DNA from: Candidatus Woesearchaeota archaeon
Lineage (GTDB): Archaea > Nanobdellota > Nanobdellia > SCGC-AAA011-G17 > JACPNG01
Reading direction: 5' to 3'
DNA length: 64,000 bases
Assembly (NCBI GenBank): GCA_016185605.1
Contig: JACPNG010000015.1
Coordinates: 7,103-71,102 of the forward strand
The position numbers and the translations under genes are program-made. Every line of letters starts with the position of its first letter. Within the stretch, counting starts at the first letter, position 1. The notes under the pieces were generated by a model. The model worked only from the letters and a program-made list of their open reading frames with translations, was not told the DNA's origin and searched no databases. Below, piece after piece: positions 36,760 to 46,763 of the stretch.

Positions 36760-36993
36760 CTATTCAAAGACATTTTCGTCAATTTCTAAATCCAAATTTT
36801 CCAGTTCATCTAGTTCCAAATCCTTGCTTTCCTCTGCCTCGCTTAGATCCTTGCTTATATCCAAGGTGTTATTTGTTTCTTTTACTTGTGTTGAGGTTGT
36901 GGTGTCTTCTATTAATTTAGTTTCAGGAGTTCCTTTTGTGCATCCCACTATAACTACAAGCAATAATATCATCAAGGCTATTATTTTTCTCAT
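36760..36993 (-). CDS. small acidic putative lipoprotein
   Basis: 77 aa. Signal + VGCT lipobox-like, E/D-rich tail. Confidence 0.35.
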   Translation of the reverse strand: MRKIIALMILLLVVIVGCTKGTPETKLIEDTTTSTQVKETNNTLDISKDLSEAEESKDLELDELENLDLEIDENVFE

Positions 36994-36995
36994 TT

Positions 36996-38201
36996 TTATT
37001 CCTCCTCGTCCTCATCTTCGTCTTCTACTTCGTCTTCATCCTCTACTTCATCATCGTCATCCTCGTCATCATCTTCCAATTCATCCTCTCCATCTTCTTC
37101 TTTTATCTGTTTTACAATCTCTTTTAATATTTCATTTGCCTCTTTTAACAATTCCTTGGCATCTTTTACTAATTCTCTTGATTTTTCAACACTAAACTCT
37201 GTCTCTGTATTTAATGTGTCTTTTGCTTCCTCGAATTTTTTCTTTGCCTCATCTAATTTTGCATTAAACTCAGCTATTAAACTATCAATTTCGGTTGTAT
37301 CAATCCCTTGTTCTGTTAATTTATTTACAGCATTCTCTAATCTTGTCTCTAATTTCTTGCTCTTTAGTATAACCCCCCCAATCCTTGAATTGTCTAATCT
37401 GTCTGAGATGTTTTTTATTCTTATCTTTGTGGTCTTCCAGGCTGCATTAATCTTTCTTGAAGCCATAGCAACCTCTTTTCCAGTCTTTGCTGCCTGTAAT
37501 TCTAATTTGGCTTGTTCAATCTCTTTTATTTTTGTATCAACAGCTTCTATTAGTTTATTTGACTCTTCTTCTGACAATCCCTCATTTCCTTCTATCTTTT
37601 CCTTTACCTTGTTTAGATGGGCTATTATGGCGTCAGCTGATTTTCCTAAATGCTCCTTTGCTGCATTAATTAATTCTTCTTTTGCTTGCTCGCAATCATC
37701 TATACATTCTTCTTTTGCTTTCCTGGCTTTTTCGAATTTTTCCTTATTTTCCAGATGAAGCTTCTTTGCTTCCTCAAATTTTTCTCTGGCTTCCAAGAAA
37801 TTTTCTTTTGCTTTTTCTAATCTTATTTTATTTAATGCCCTTGCTTTAAATTCAAACTCTTCTTTAAACTCCTTGAATTTATCTTCTCTCTTTATCTTAT
37901 CAAGCTCTTCTAATTTTTCTAATCTTCTCTTTACAACTAATTCAAGCCTTTCCTTTGCTTTTTCAGGAAGATTTTCTTTTCTCTGGTCAAATTCCTGTAA
38001 AATCCTTTCTTTACGGTCTTTAATTTCTGTTTTTATTGTTGTTCTTGTATCATCATTTTTTACTTCTGTTCTTTCTTCTGTTTTTGCTTCTGAATCTCCT
38101 TCATTAGAATCAGAACCCTCATCAGCTATTGCTAATGGAACACTAAATAATAATAACATTACAAAAAATAAGCTTATTATCTTCCTCATTTTTACCTCCA
38201 A
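36996..38201 (-). CDS. secreted coiled-coil protein with poly-acidic C-terminus
   Basis: 401 aa. Signal peptide, K/E coiled coil, C-terminal DDDEDDDDEVEDEDEVEDEDEDEEE. Confidence 0.5.
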   Translation of the reverse strand: MEVKMRKIISLFFVMLLLFSVPLAIADEGSDSNEGDSEAKTEERTEVKNDDTRTTIKTEIKDRKERILQEFDQRKENLPEKAKERLELVVKRRLEKLEELDKIKREDKFKEFKEEFEFKARALNKIRLEKAKENFLEAREKFEEAKKLHLENKEKFEKARKAKEECIDDCEQAKEELINAAKEHLGKSADAIIAHLNKVKEKIEGNEGLSEEESNKLIEAVDTKIKEIEQAKLELQAAKTGKEVAMASRKINAAWKTTKIRIKNISDRLDNSRIGGVILKSKKLETRLENAVNKLTEQGIDTTEIDSLIAEFNAKLDEAKKKFEEAKDTLNTETEFSVEKSRELVKDAKELLKEANEILKEIVKQIKEEDGEDELEDDDEDDDDEVEDEDEVEDEDEDEEE

Positions 38202-38248
38202 ATGATTGAATATAGTTTATTTGAAAGATTATTTGTTTATAAACATAA

Positions 38249-38701
38249 TTATTTTACAGCATTGAAATATTCTTTGACTCTTTCCAATATGGAAGATATA
38301 TAAAACTTCTCTATCCTCTTTTCAAATATTATGCTTATATCTTCAAACTCATTAATCCTGTAGTTATTATTAATCTTCTCAACTAAAAATATGTCTCTTA
38401 GCCTTTTAAGCTGTCTTCTAATGTTTGAAGATGCTATCCCTTTTAAAGGCAGTTTTTCCTTCTTCCTTAATCTAATAGCTTCTTCTTCTATGAATTTCGA
38501 GTCCAATTCCTTTTTTTTCTTCCTGGCTTCCAAGAGAACCATTAGAACATCAACTATTATATCTCTTGAGTCTCCTGGCTGCAGTAAGCCAATGCTCAGG
38601 CATAATTTTTTCACTAATTCCCTGCCTTCCAGCTCATAGGGCTTTTCATATCTTCTTAATGTTATTTCATTAAGGGGGTTGTCTTTTGCTACAGTAGCCA
38701 T
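38249..38701 (-). CDS. hypothetical protein (150 aa)
   Basis: ORF only. Confidence 0.35.
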   Translation of the reverse strand: MATVAKDNPLNEITLRRYEKPYELEGRELVKKLCLSIGLLQPGDSRDIIVDVLMVLLEARKKKKELDSKFIEEEAIRLRKKEKLPLKGIASSNIRRQLKRLRDIFLVEKINNNYRINEFEDISIIFEKRIEKFYISSILERVKEYFNAVK

Positions 38702-38735
38702 TATAATTAAAAAGTTGGTTGTCTTAAATATTTTG

Positions 38736-39509
38736 TTATTCTATAAATCCAGATATTAGTATTGGAATCTCTTTTACAAGCTTGATTCCCAATGTCTCTG
38801 GATGGATTTTTATTTTATCATCTGAGAAGCTGTCAATTAAGAATTTAGTATTGGTTTTGGCCAGATTTGCCGAATGAATTAACAGTAAAAAACTCCTGAA
38901 ATTATCATCGTTCTCGAATATTACAGCCATGTCCTTATTTTTCTTGATTTCATTTTTTAATGTTAAGACTTCTTTCTTATCAACTCCTTTAGACGGCAAA
39001 TATTGCTCATAATAATAATTTAATGATTCATCTTGTCTTATAATTGTTAATGCCTCTTTTCCATTTAATGGAAGATTATTATTATTTTTAACGAATTCTT
39101 CATCTTTTATTTGAGATTCTTCAATTATTTTCGAATCAATTATAAATAACTTATAATTATCGCCTTTGATAAGATTAAGGTTTTTGTGATAATTATTATT
39201 TAATTCTTTTAGCTCATTGCTTTTAATCATTACATTATTTTTTCCCAAATCCTGAAAATCCAATCCGTTTAATGTTAATCCCCCGATAATTTTATCATCA
39301 AGAACAAATACTAATTTATTCTCCCTTGTTGGAAGATTGTTTATTAACTCTTTAAAATCATTATATATTATAAATCCAAATATCCCCAATAATACAATTA
39401 TTATCAGAAATCCGAAGAAAATTGTCTTTAGTAGATGTCTAGTGGACATAAACAGGATAAGAAACACTAATATAATAACAACAATTAATACTGTTAAAAA
39501 CAAGGCCAT
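38736..39509 (-). CDS. membrane protein, hypothetical (2 N-terminal TM)
   Basis: 257 aa. Confidence 0.4.
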   Translation of the reverse strand: MALFLTVLIVVIILVFLILFMSTRHLLKTIFFGFLIIIVLLGIFGFIIYNDFKELINNLPTRENKLVFVLDDKIIGGLTLNGLDFQDLGKNNVMIKSNELKELNNNYHKNLNLIKGDNYKLFIIDSKIIEESQIKDEEFVKNNNNLPLNGKEALTIIRQDESLNYYYEQYLPSKGVDKKEVLTLKNEIKKNKDMAVIFENDDNFRSFLLLIHSANLAKTNTKFLIDSFSDDKIKIHPETLGIKLVKEIPILISGFIE

Positions 39510-39595
39510 TAGTATTTAGCATTAAATATAATTTAAATAGATTTTTATCAGTGAAAAAACAATAGTTTTATAAATTATTATTTCATTTTTGGTTT

Positions 39596-39949
39596 ATGAC
39601 AGATTTAATAGCCTGCTTGTCAACTGGAAAAGGAACATGGGGTCATGTCTCCAGATTAATCCAGGACAGTGAATGGGACAATATATATTTAATAACAAAC
39701 GAGTTTGGAAAAGAAAATTTTTCAGCTGAAAAAAAAGCTGAATTTATGGTCATAGACTCATTAAAGCCCATCAAAGAATTAGTAATAGATATAGAGTCAA
39801 GATTAAAAGATAAGTTAAACGGAGAGGTTGCTCTAAATATGATTTCTGGAACTGGAAAAGAGCATATGGCTATTTTATCAGCTTTGTTAAAACTTGGGGT
39901 AGGAATAAGATTAATGGGATTAACAAAAGACGGTGTTGAAGAAATCTAG
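39596..39949 (+). CDS. hypothetical protein (117 aa)
   Basis: ORF only. Its stop is 3 nt before the ZPR1-like gene. Confidence 0.35.
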   Translation: MTDLIACLSTGKGTWGHVSRLIQDSEWDNIYLITNEFGKENFSAEKKAEFMVIDSLKPIKELVIDIESRLKDKLNGEVALNMISGTGKEHMAILSALLKLGVGIRLMGLTKDGVEEI

Positions 39950-39952
39950 AAG

Positions 39953-40477
39953 ATGGAAAAGATAGAAAAAGAGCTATGTCCTTTTTGCAACAATAAGACA
40001 CTAACATTAATAGAAGATCAAATTGATATCCCTTATTTTGGCAAATGCTATCTGTTTTCTATGAGCTGTTCAAGCTGCAATTACAATAAATCCGATGTTG
40101 AAGCAGAAGAAAGAAAAGAACCCACAAGATACACTTTTGAGGTTAAAACTAAAAAAGACCTAAGCGTTAGGGTAATTAAATCCTCAGAAGCCACCATAAA
40201 GGTTCCTGAATTGAAGATGTCTGTCACCCCAGGACCTGCATCAGAAGGCTATATTTCCAATGTAGAAGGAGTTTTGGAAAGATTCAAGAAGATAATAGAA
40301 TCAGAAAGGGATATTGCAGAAGATGACGAAACAAGGATAAAAGCGAAGAATTTGCTGAAAAAACTATGGAAGGTAATGCTTGGAGAGGTTTCTGTAAAAA
40401 TAATAATCGAAGACCCAAGCGGAAATTCTGCTATTATTTCTAAAGACGCTAAAGTTGAGAAATTAAAAATTAAATAA
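39953..40477 (+). CDS. ZPR1-type zinc-finger protein (COG1779-like)
   Basis: 174 aa. CPFCNNKTL...IPYFGKCYLFSMSCSSCNY ZPR1 zinc-finger pattern. Confidence 0.65.
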   Translation: MEKIEKELCPFCNNKTLTLIEDQIDIPYFGKCYLFSMSCSSCNYNKSDVEAEERKEPTRYTFEVKTKKDLSVRVIKSSEATIKVPELKMSVTPGPASEGYISNVEGVLERFKKIIESERDIAEDDETRIKAKNLLKKLWKVMLGEVSVKIIIEDPSGNSAIISKDAKVEKLKIK

Positions 40478-40480
40478 ATA

Positions 40481-41488
40481 TTACTTAACTCCATAAGGTG
40501 CTATTATTATATTATTCTTGTCTCTATCAAATTTCAATTCATCTAAAGCTATTAATAATTCAGTATAAGTAATTACTGGCTTTTCAAATCTATCAATGTC
40601 TTCAATAGATATCCTCGGACATGATGTATTGACAAAGATTTCAATGTTGTAAAAATTTATCAGTTGGTCATTAGTAACATTATTCATAGTCAATATATAT
40701 GCTTCCCTTCCATTTTTGAGCAATTTATTCTTAATATTCTCAGCAACAGAGAAATTTTGCTGTCCAGACTTCATCCCAACAATAATCCCAAATATATTAG
40801 CTTCTCTTGCTTTTTCAATTAATTTTAATCTTCTAAGCGTTATTTTCTTCTTGTCAGAATCTAAATCGTGAATTTCTTCGTTTATTGGATCTATGACAAT
40901 AACTTTTTTATCAACGCTTAAAGCCAATCCCATGGAATGAAACTTATTGCCTAAAACTAAAAAACAATCCACATTTTTTTCCATTAGTTTGCTCCCAGAA
41001 TATTCGCATCCTAAAATATGCCCTTTATAGAAAGCCCTTCCCTTTGCCTCTGGAATTATTACTTTCTTATTATTATTCTCAAGAATAATTTTTACATTAT
41101 CAAGCTGGTGAATATGCTGGACAGAAGAAACTAATCCAATATTATCAAAATTCTTTAGATATTCTAATGAGGACTCAGCCAATTTTGTAATATCTGTCTT
41201 ATACTTTGTCTCAATATATAATGCTGGAAAATTAGGATTAAAAAATGGAGCATGACCAAAATGAACTATTAAGTCTGCTTTAATTTTTTTAGCTTCTTCT
41301 AAAGGCAGGTCACAGCCTCCCCAGCAGGATTCTCCAGAAATAAATAATTTAGCATTAGTGTTTTTCTCTATATATCCAACTAATCTATTAGCTTCTTTTT
41401 TCAGTCCTTCTGGCAACTGAATTAATATTCTTTTAGCTTTTATTTTCTTAATTTCTTCAACTATTTTTTGTTCTTCTAAGTCATACAT
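40481..41488 (-). CDS. dph2: diphthamide biosynthesis protein Dph2 (2-(3-amino-3-carboxypropyl)histidine synthase)
   Basis: 335 aa. ILIQLPEGLK, conserved Cys in three pseudo-repeat domains. Confidence 0.7.
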   Translation of the reverse strand: MYDLEEQKIVEEIKKIKAKRILIQLPEGLKKEANRLVGYIEKNTNAKLFISGESCWGGCDLPLEEAKKIKADLIVHFGHAPFFNPNFPALYIETKYKTDITKLAESSLEYLKNFDNIGLVSSVQHIHQLDNVKIILENNNKKVIIPEAKGRAFYKGHILGCEYSGSKLMEKNVDCFLVLGNKFHSMGLALSVDKKVIVIDPINEEIHDLDSDKKKITLRRLKLIEKAREANIFGIIVGMKSGQQNFSVAENIKNKLLKNGREAYILTMNNVTNDQLINFYNIEIFVNTSCPRISIEDIDRFEKPVITYTELLIALDELKFDRDKNNIIIAPYGVK

Positions 41489-41561
41489 CCTATCTATTTG
41501 CTAATAAGCATTTTTAAGTCTTACCAATAAAATTATAAATATCGAATCATGAATAATAAAA

Positions 41562-43073
41562 ATGGATAATGATTTTACAAAGGATTTTATCAGCTTTGTT
41601 GTGGAAAAAGGGTTTATCTGGGGTCCTGAGCCGGAAATCTACGGCGGATTATCTGGATTTTACACTTATGGGCCATTGGGTAAATTGCTAAAAAACAAAA
41701 TAGAAAATTCTGTAAGAGCCACTTTTAAATCAAATGACATCTGGGAGATAGAAGGCCCGACAATAATGCCTGATATAGTATGGAAAGCCTCTGGACATCT
41801 TGATACTTTCAAAGATCCTGTAATAGAATGCAGCAAATGCAAGGCAAAGTTCAGAGCTGATAAGTTGATTGAGGAGAATGATAAGGATATAATATTGTCA
41901 GTTGAAAAGATTTTGGATTTAATAGACAAAAAGAAAATCAGCTGTCCAAGCTGCGGGGGCAATTTCAAGAATGAGCTAAAAGATGAATCTTTAATGATGA
42001 AGACAAAGGTAGCAGGAAATGACGCTTCATTAAGGCCAGAAACAGCTACTGTAACTTACCTTCCATATAAAAGAAATTATTTATTCTTTAGGAAAAAAAT
42101 TCCTTTTGGTGTCTTTCAGATAGGCAAGGCATATAGAAATGAGATTTCCCCAAGGCAGCATGTTATTAGGGGGAGGGAATTCACCCAGGCAGAAGCCCAG
42201 ATATTTATTGACCCAAAAGAAAAAGACAATTGGCTAGAATACAATAAAATAAAAAGTCTAAAGCTTCCTCTATGGGATTATAGATTACAGGAAAAAAACA
42301 AACCATATAATTTAAGCACTTTAGACTCTTTAATCAAAAATAAATTGATTAAAACAAAAGCTTATGCATACTGCTTATGGCTCGCTTATCAGCAATTCAT
42401 AAACATGGGAATTCCCAAAGCTAATATAAGAATAAGACAGCATAATCCAAAGGAAAAGGCATTTTACGCAGATGACGCCTGGGATATTGAGATTAAATTA
42501 AGAAGCTTTGGATGGACTGAAGTCTGCGGAGTTCATGACAGGACAGATTATGACTTAAACAAGCATTCAGAATTTTCAAAGGAAAAACTAGAGGCAATAA
42601 GAGAAGACGGCTCAAAATTTGTTCCGCATATCTTGGAGATTGCTTTCGGGACAGATCGGCCATTATTTGCTTTATTAGATACATTCTATGAAAAAAAGCA
42701 GAAAGAAGAGGGAAAAACAATGTTTAAGCTGCCATATAACCTAGCTCCAATAGATTTGATGGTATTTCCATTGGTAAAAGACAAAAATTTAGTCAAAATT
42801 GCAAAGGAAATAAAGAAAGAACTAGAGAATAATTTTGTTATTATATATGATGAGGTAGCTTCAATTGGCAAGAGATATTTAAGGGCAGCTGAAGTTGGAA
42901 CTCCATATTGCATTACAGTAGATTTTGACTCAATAAAGAAAAAGGATGTTACTATCAGGAATAGAGACTCAGAAAAACAAATAAGAGTAAAAATAAAAGA
43001 GTTAAAAGATGTATTAAACAAATTATTTAATAATGATATTAAATTTGAGAAAGCTGGAAAATCAGTAAAATAA
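41562..43073 (+). CDS. glyS: glycyl-tRNA synthetase (archaeal/eukaryal alpha2 type, class II)
   Basis: 503 aa. FQIGKAYRNEISPRQHVIRGREFTQAEAQIF (motif 2 region) and C-terminal anticodon-binding domain. Confidence 0.75.
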   Translation: MDNDFTKDFISFVVEKGFIWGPEPEIYGGLSGFYTYGPLGKLLKNKIENSVRATFKSNDIWEIEGPTIMPDIVWKASGHLDTFKDPVIECSKCKAKFRADKLIEENDKDIILSVEKILDLIDKKKISCPSCGGNFKNELKDESLMMKTKVAGNDASLRPETATVTYLPYKRNYLFFRKKIPFGVFQIGKAYRNEISPRQHVIRGREFTQAEAQIFIDPKEKDNWLEYNKIKSLKLPLWDYRLQEKNKPYNLSTLDSLIKNKLIKTKAYAYCLWLAYQQFINMGIPKANIRIRQHNPKEKAFYADDAWDIEIKLRSFGWTEVCGVHDRTDYDLNKHSEFSKEKLEAIREDGSKFVPHILEIAFGTDRPLFALLDTFYEKKQKEEGKTMFKLPYNLAPIDLMVFPLVKDKNLVKIAKEIKKELENNFVIIYDEVASIGKRYLRAAEVGTPYCITVDFDSIKKKDVTIRNRDSEKQIRVKIKELKDVLNKLFNNDIKFEKAGKSVK

Positions 43074-43352
43074 TCATCTGCAATCTTTTGATTTAGCTTC
43101 TAAATCTTTGATTCTATCTTCTAATTGCTCTATGAACTTCTGTTGTACTTCATAACTTTTCCTTTCTTTCCTTAACAAATCAACTTCTATATATTTGCTT
43201 TTTTTAAATTGGTACAGAAATATTATTTCATGTTTATAAACATCGCAAAATATTTTCTTATTATCCAACGATGATTCTGACATTGAAGGATAAGACGATA
43301 AAAGTGCTAATGTTAAGTATATGCTGTTAATTCTTCTCATAATCTGGCTCAA
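43074..43352 (-). CDS. hypothetical protein (92 aa)
   Basis: ORF only. Confidence 0.3.
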   Translation of the reverse strand: MSQIMRRINSIYLTLALLSSYPSMSESSLDNKKIFCDVYKHEIIFLYQFKKSKYIEVDLLRKERKSYEVQQKFIEQLEDRIKDLEAKSKDCR

Positions 43353-43370
43353 TTATAAAAATATATAAAC
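43353..43370 (+). promoter_or_regulatory. candidate TATA box for tRNA-Ala
   Basis: ataaaaatatataaa about 25-40 nt upstream of the tRNA 5' end. Confidence 0.3.
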
Positions 43371-43393
43371 CTTAACATAGCAAAATTTATTAT

Positions 43394-43465
43394 GGGCCGG
43401 TAGATTAACGGCAAATCGCGCCCTTGGCTAGGGTGAAATTCCGGGTTCAAATCCCGGTCGGTCCA
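43394..43465 (+). tRNA. tRNA-Ala (anticodon GGC)
   Basis: Acceptor GGGCCGG/TCGGTCC including the G3:U70 Ala identity pair. D-arm GATT-AACGGCA-AATC. Anticodon arm CGCCC-TTGGCTA-GGGTG. T-arm CCGGG-TTCAAAT-CCCGG. Confidence 0.85.
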
Positions 43466-43501
43466 GACAAAGTTTTTAAAATAAGATATAATGAAAATAT
43501 C

Positions 43502-43915
43502 ATGAAAGATTGTTTATTTTGCAAAATCATAAGAAAGGAAATCCCGGCAGACATAGTCTATGAAGACAAATCAATTATAGCATTCTTTGATATTAATCCT
43601 GCAAATAAAGGCCATACTCTAGTAATGCCGAAAAATCATTCCAATAATTTATTGGAGGATAACGAAGATGATCTGAAAAATATTAGCCTAGCAGTTAAAA
43701 AGATAGGCAATGCTATTATGAAAGCTACAAACGCAGAAGGTCTAAATATAATTTCCAATATAAACAGTGTGGCTGGTCAGGTTGTTTTTCATACCCACGT
43801 TCATATAATTCCCAGATTCAAAGACGATGGAATAAATTTTAAGGTTCAACGCAGATATTATGATGAAGGAGAATCAAAAAAATTAGCCTCTAAAATCAAA
43901 ACTCTTTTAAAATAA
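43502..43915 (+). CDS. HIT-family (histidine triad) nucleotide hydrolase
   Basis: Track ORF 43424..43915 begins inside tRNA-Ala. The true start is probably MKDCLFCKI at 43502. Histidine triad HTHVHIIPR. Confidence 0.7.
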   Translation: MKDCLFCKIIRKEIPADIVYEDKSIIAFFDINPANKGHTLVMPKNHSNNLLEDNEDDLKNISLAVKKIGNAIMKATNAEGLNIISNINSVAGQVVFHTHVHIIPRFKDDGINFKVQRRYYDEGESKKLASKIKTLLK

Positions 43916-43935
43916 ACTCATTCTTTTATTTTTGA

Positions 43936-44007
43936 GCCTCTGTAGTTTAGTGGTAGAACGCGAGTCTCATGAGCTCGATATCGGCGGTTCAAATCCGCCC
44001 AGAGGCA
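43936..44007 (+). tRNA. tRNA-Met or Ile2 (anticodon CAU)
   Basis: Acceptor GCCTCTG/CAGAGGC. D-arm GTTT-AGTGGTA-GAAC. Anticodon arm CGAGT-CTCATGA-GCTCG. T-arm GGCGG-TTCAAAT-CCGCC. Confidence 0.8.
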
Positions 44008-44099
44008 TTAATTGATTATTTTATCTAAATAATAAATAAAAGAATATTCTTCTAACTATAATAAAAAAAAGAAAAATAAATACTTAAGTTAAATTAAGA

Positions 44100-44213
44100 T
44101 TAGAATTTTCTCTTATTTCTGTAACATTCCCTGCAATAAACAGGCTTGCCTTCTGTTGGTTTAAAAGGAACTTCACATTCCTGACCACATTCAGAACAAG
44201 TTGCTTTATGCAT
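44100..44213 (-). CDS. small zinc-ribbon protein (37 aa), possibly a frameshifted longer gene
   Basis: MHKATCSECGQECEVPFKPTEGKPVYCRECYRNKRKF. An upstream ATG at 44268 encodes MNDFKQGGFRRNDFGPT* in the +1 frame relative to it, consistent with a 1-nt frameshift. Confidence 0.35.
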   Translation of the reverse strand: MHKATCSECGQECEVPFKPTEGKPVYCRECYRNKRKF

Positions 44214-44308
44214 TTCACGTGGTCCAAAATCATTTCTTCTGAATCCACCTTGCTTGAAATCGTTCATTTTTTCTCCTTCAAAGACAACTTATGTCATCTT
44301 TTATTTTA

Positions 44309-44599
44309 TTATTTTTTTCCTAGTGTTATCTCAATGCTGCTTACTCTTACTTTTCTCCCTTCCTTGTTTTCAAATTCTTCACTGTCTACTTTTATGTCCC
44401 TTATTACAACATTGCCCTCTAAAAATCTCTTTGCTGCCACTTCAGCTACATCCACTGCTCTGCTGATGAATTTTCCCCTGGATTTAATTACTACTTCATT
44501 AGCTCCTTGGGTAGTAAACTGCATCACTACTCCAGTTACATAATTCATAAACGGCTTACTGCCAATAAAAACAGTGTGGTCATCGTTTCTGTCTGCCAT
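44309..44599 (-). CDS. albA: Alba DNA/RNA-binding protein
   Basis: 96 aa. [21 protein letters not shown]...[12 protein letters not shown]. Confidence 0.85.
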   Translation of the reverse strand: MADRNDDHTVFIGSKPFMNYVTGVVMQFTTQGANEVVIKSRGKFISRAVDVAEVAAKRFLEGNVVIRDIKVDSEEFENKEGRKVRVSSIEITLGKK

Positions 44600-44612
44600 T
44601 TTCAGTCCTTTA

Positions 44613-44804
44613 TTAAGCTGCTTCTCTCCTCATTAACTTAGTTATGTATCCAGCTACAATATTTTTAAGCTTCTTGGATTCAACTTCTAAAACCTCCAAT
44701 ACTGCTTTCTTGTTATTGTCAAAGTTATCACTAAATCTAGATTCATAATCCTTGATTAGCTTGTTGACTGTTCTTTTTATCAACTTTGTCTTTATCCTAC
44801 CCAT
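44613..44804 (-). CDS. rps17e: 30S ribosomal protein S17e
   Basis: 63 aa. [20 protein letters not shown]...[13 protein letters not shown]. Confidence 0.8.
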   Translation of the reverse strand: MGRIKTKLIKRTVNKLIKDYESRFSDNFDNNKKAVLEVLEVESKKLKNIVAGYITKLMRREAA

Positions 44805-44838
44805 AAACCTATCTTAAATGCCTGATTTATAAACCTTT

Positions 44839-45714
44839 TCATATGCTGTTGAATATTATGCTTTCTTTTTCTTTTTCCAGGAATTCCTTTGCTTTTTTTG
44901 TCAATTCTCCATTGCTTAAGAAAAGAACTTGTCTGCCTTTAGCTTCATTAATTGCCAAGCTCAAATCTCCATCATTAATTGATTTTTTTATTTTTAGTTT
45001 GCAGAAGAAAGAAACCTTTCCAATAGAACTTTCTAATCTTAGATTATAATTGATTTCCTTGCTTTTTTTAATTATATTCTCATTTATCAATTCAATATTA
45101 TTTTTATTGAAATAATTATTAATTTTATCCAATAAATCTATATCGCTTTTAGCTGATTTTTTTATTCTTGGTTTGCGCTTTGGCTTTTCCAGTTTTAATG
45201 GGGTTTCTAGTATTTCTTCTTCTGGTAAAACTTTTTCCTGGAGTTTCTCCTGTGTTTCATTTCTTAATTCTATTATTTCTGGTTTCTTAATGGATTCTTC
45301 CAATATTTTTTTGGCATTTTCCTCATCTAATAAGTACCATCTCCAGAATATTTCATTGTTGAAATTAAATGGTGCAGCAAAATCCCTAATCTCCCTTAAT
45401 GCAACCCTTTGATACGGCTCGCAGTCAGAATCTTTTACTATATTTTTTTCTTTTAATAAGCTATAGGCTATCTTATGAACATCTCCAAGATAATTATACA
45501 ACATCTGGAGTTTTTCTTCTTGTCCTTTAACATAATATACTGGACTACCGCCTATTTTGGCTTTTGACAATAATAATTGATTCCTGCTTATTAACTCAGA
45601 AAGTATTGCAGAGGTAAATAATATATTTTGGTTTATTAGTTTTGATATGGTTACAGGCAGTATCGGACCACCTTGATGAACAATGCCCAAAACCTTGGCC
45701 CTTATATCTTCCAT
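44839..45714 (-). CDS. hypothetical protein with N-terminal winged-helix-like domain
   Basis: 291 aa. N-terminal about 90 aa look like a wHTH. K/E-rich linker. Confidence 0.4.
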   Translation of the reverse strand: MEDIRAKVLGIVHQGGPILPVTISKLINQNILFTSAILSELISRNQLLLSKAKIGGSPVYYVKGQEEKLQMLYNYLGDVHKIAYSLLKEKNIVKDSDCEPYQRVALREIRDFAAPFNFNNEIFWRWYLLDEENAKKILEESIKKPEIIELRNETQEKLQEKVLPEEEILETPLKLEKPKRKPRIKKSAKSDIDLLDKINNYFNKNNIELINENIIKKSKEINYNLRLESSIGKVSFFCKLKIKKSINDGDLSLAINEAKGRQVLFLSNGELTKKAKEFLEKEKESIIFNSI

Positions 45715-45772
45715 AATATCTTTAAGAAATAGTCATTATAAATAGTTTATCAATGTTGAATATATAATAAGG

Positions 45773-46633
45773 TTAATCTTTTGATATTATAAATATACTA
45801 ATAATTATTAGTAATACCCCTATGAATTCTTTTAATGAAGGTATTTCATTTAGAAAAACTAAAGCAAAAAGACTAGCGCTTATTGGTTGAAATAGATATA
45901 AGATTCCTGCTTTTGATATTTCTATATTCCTTAAAGCATAAAGATATAATCTATGGGCTGTTGCTGTATGTAAAATCCCCTCTAATAAGAATATTCCAAT
46001 AGCAATAAATATAGAAGTTGTCCAACTAATATTAATTAAGTAAAAAGGTAATAAGATTATTGTAGCTATTAAAGTTGTCCAGAATATAGTTCTTATCTCA
46101 TCTGTATTTTTTAATTTCTTGCCAATATAATGATAACTTGTAAAAACTAATGCAGAAGCTAAAGCAGATAAGTCTCCTTTGTTTAAGTTAAAATTAATTA
46201 GACTAAAATTAGTTATTAAAACAATTGCGATTATAGCTAAGATTAAAGCAAATATTCTATTCAATGTTAATCTCTCCTTAAATATAATAACTCCTACAAT
46301 CATTATAAATATAGAAGATGTAAAATTTAGAAATGCAGCATTTGAAATTTTAGTGTACAAAAAGGCAAAATTTACAGTAAAAATAGCCAAAGATAAGATA
46401 ACTCCCAACATTATAAAATATTTAAATTCATTTTTCTTGATATTTAGAATATTATTATCTTTCGAAAATTTAGAAGATAGGTATAATGCAACTGTTCCAG
46501 CTAACATTATATAAAAATTAAATGTATAAAAGTTTAGACCTATATTATTCAAAACCCTTACTAAAACCCCGCCGGAGCCCCAGATAAAAGCAGCTAATAA
46601 TATTGCAAGAATGCCTTTGTTTTTTAGGTTCAT
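45773..46633 (-). CDS. EamA-like (DMT superfamily) transporter
   Basis: 286 aa, 10 TM segments. GILAILLAAFIWGSGGVLVRVL. Confidence 0.6.
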   Translation of the reverse strand: MNLKNKGILAILLAAFIWGSGGVLVRVLNNIGLNFYTFNFYIMLAGTVALYLSSKFSKDNNILNIKKNEFKYFIMLGVILSLAIFTVNFAFLYTKISNAAFLNFTSSIFIMIVGVIIFKERLTLNRIFALILAIIAIVLITNFSLINFNLNKGDLSALASALVFTSYHYIGKKLKNTDEIRTIFWTTLIATIILLPFYLINISWTTSIFIAIGIFLLEGILHTATAHRLYLYALRNIEISKAGILYLFQPISASLFALVFLNEIPSLKEFIGVLLIIISIFIISKD

Positions 46634-46763
46634 TATTTATTAAGAGGCAGATAATTTATAAGCTATTTATATTATATAAAATATATATTATACTATCCTT
46701 GTAGCGGACACAGCGGACAACCACCTGCGTGAGGTATATAAATTAAATTTCCCTATTAGTTAT

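Noticed and set aside
43424-43501. Upstream extension of the HIT-protein ORF
   Set aside because: It overlaps tRNA-Ala (43394..43465). The HIT fold starts at MKDCLFCKI (43502).
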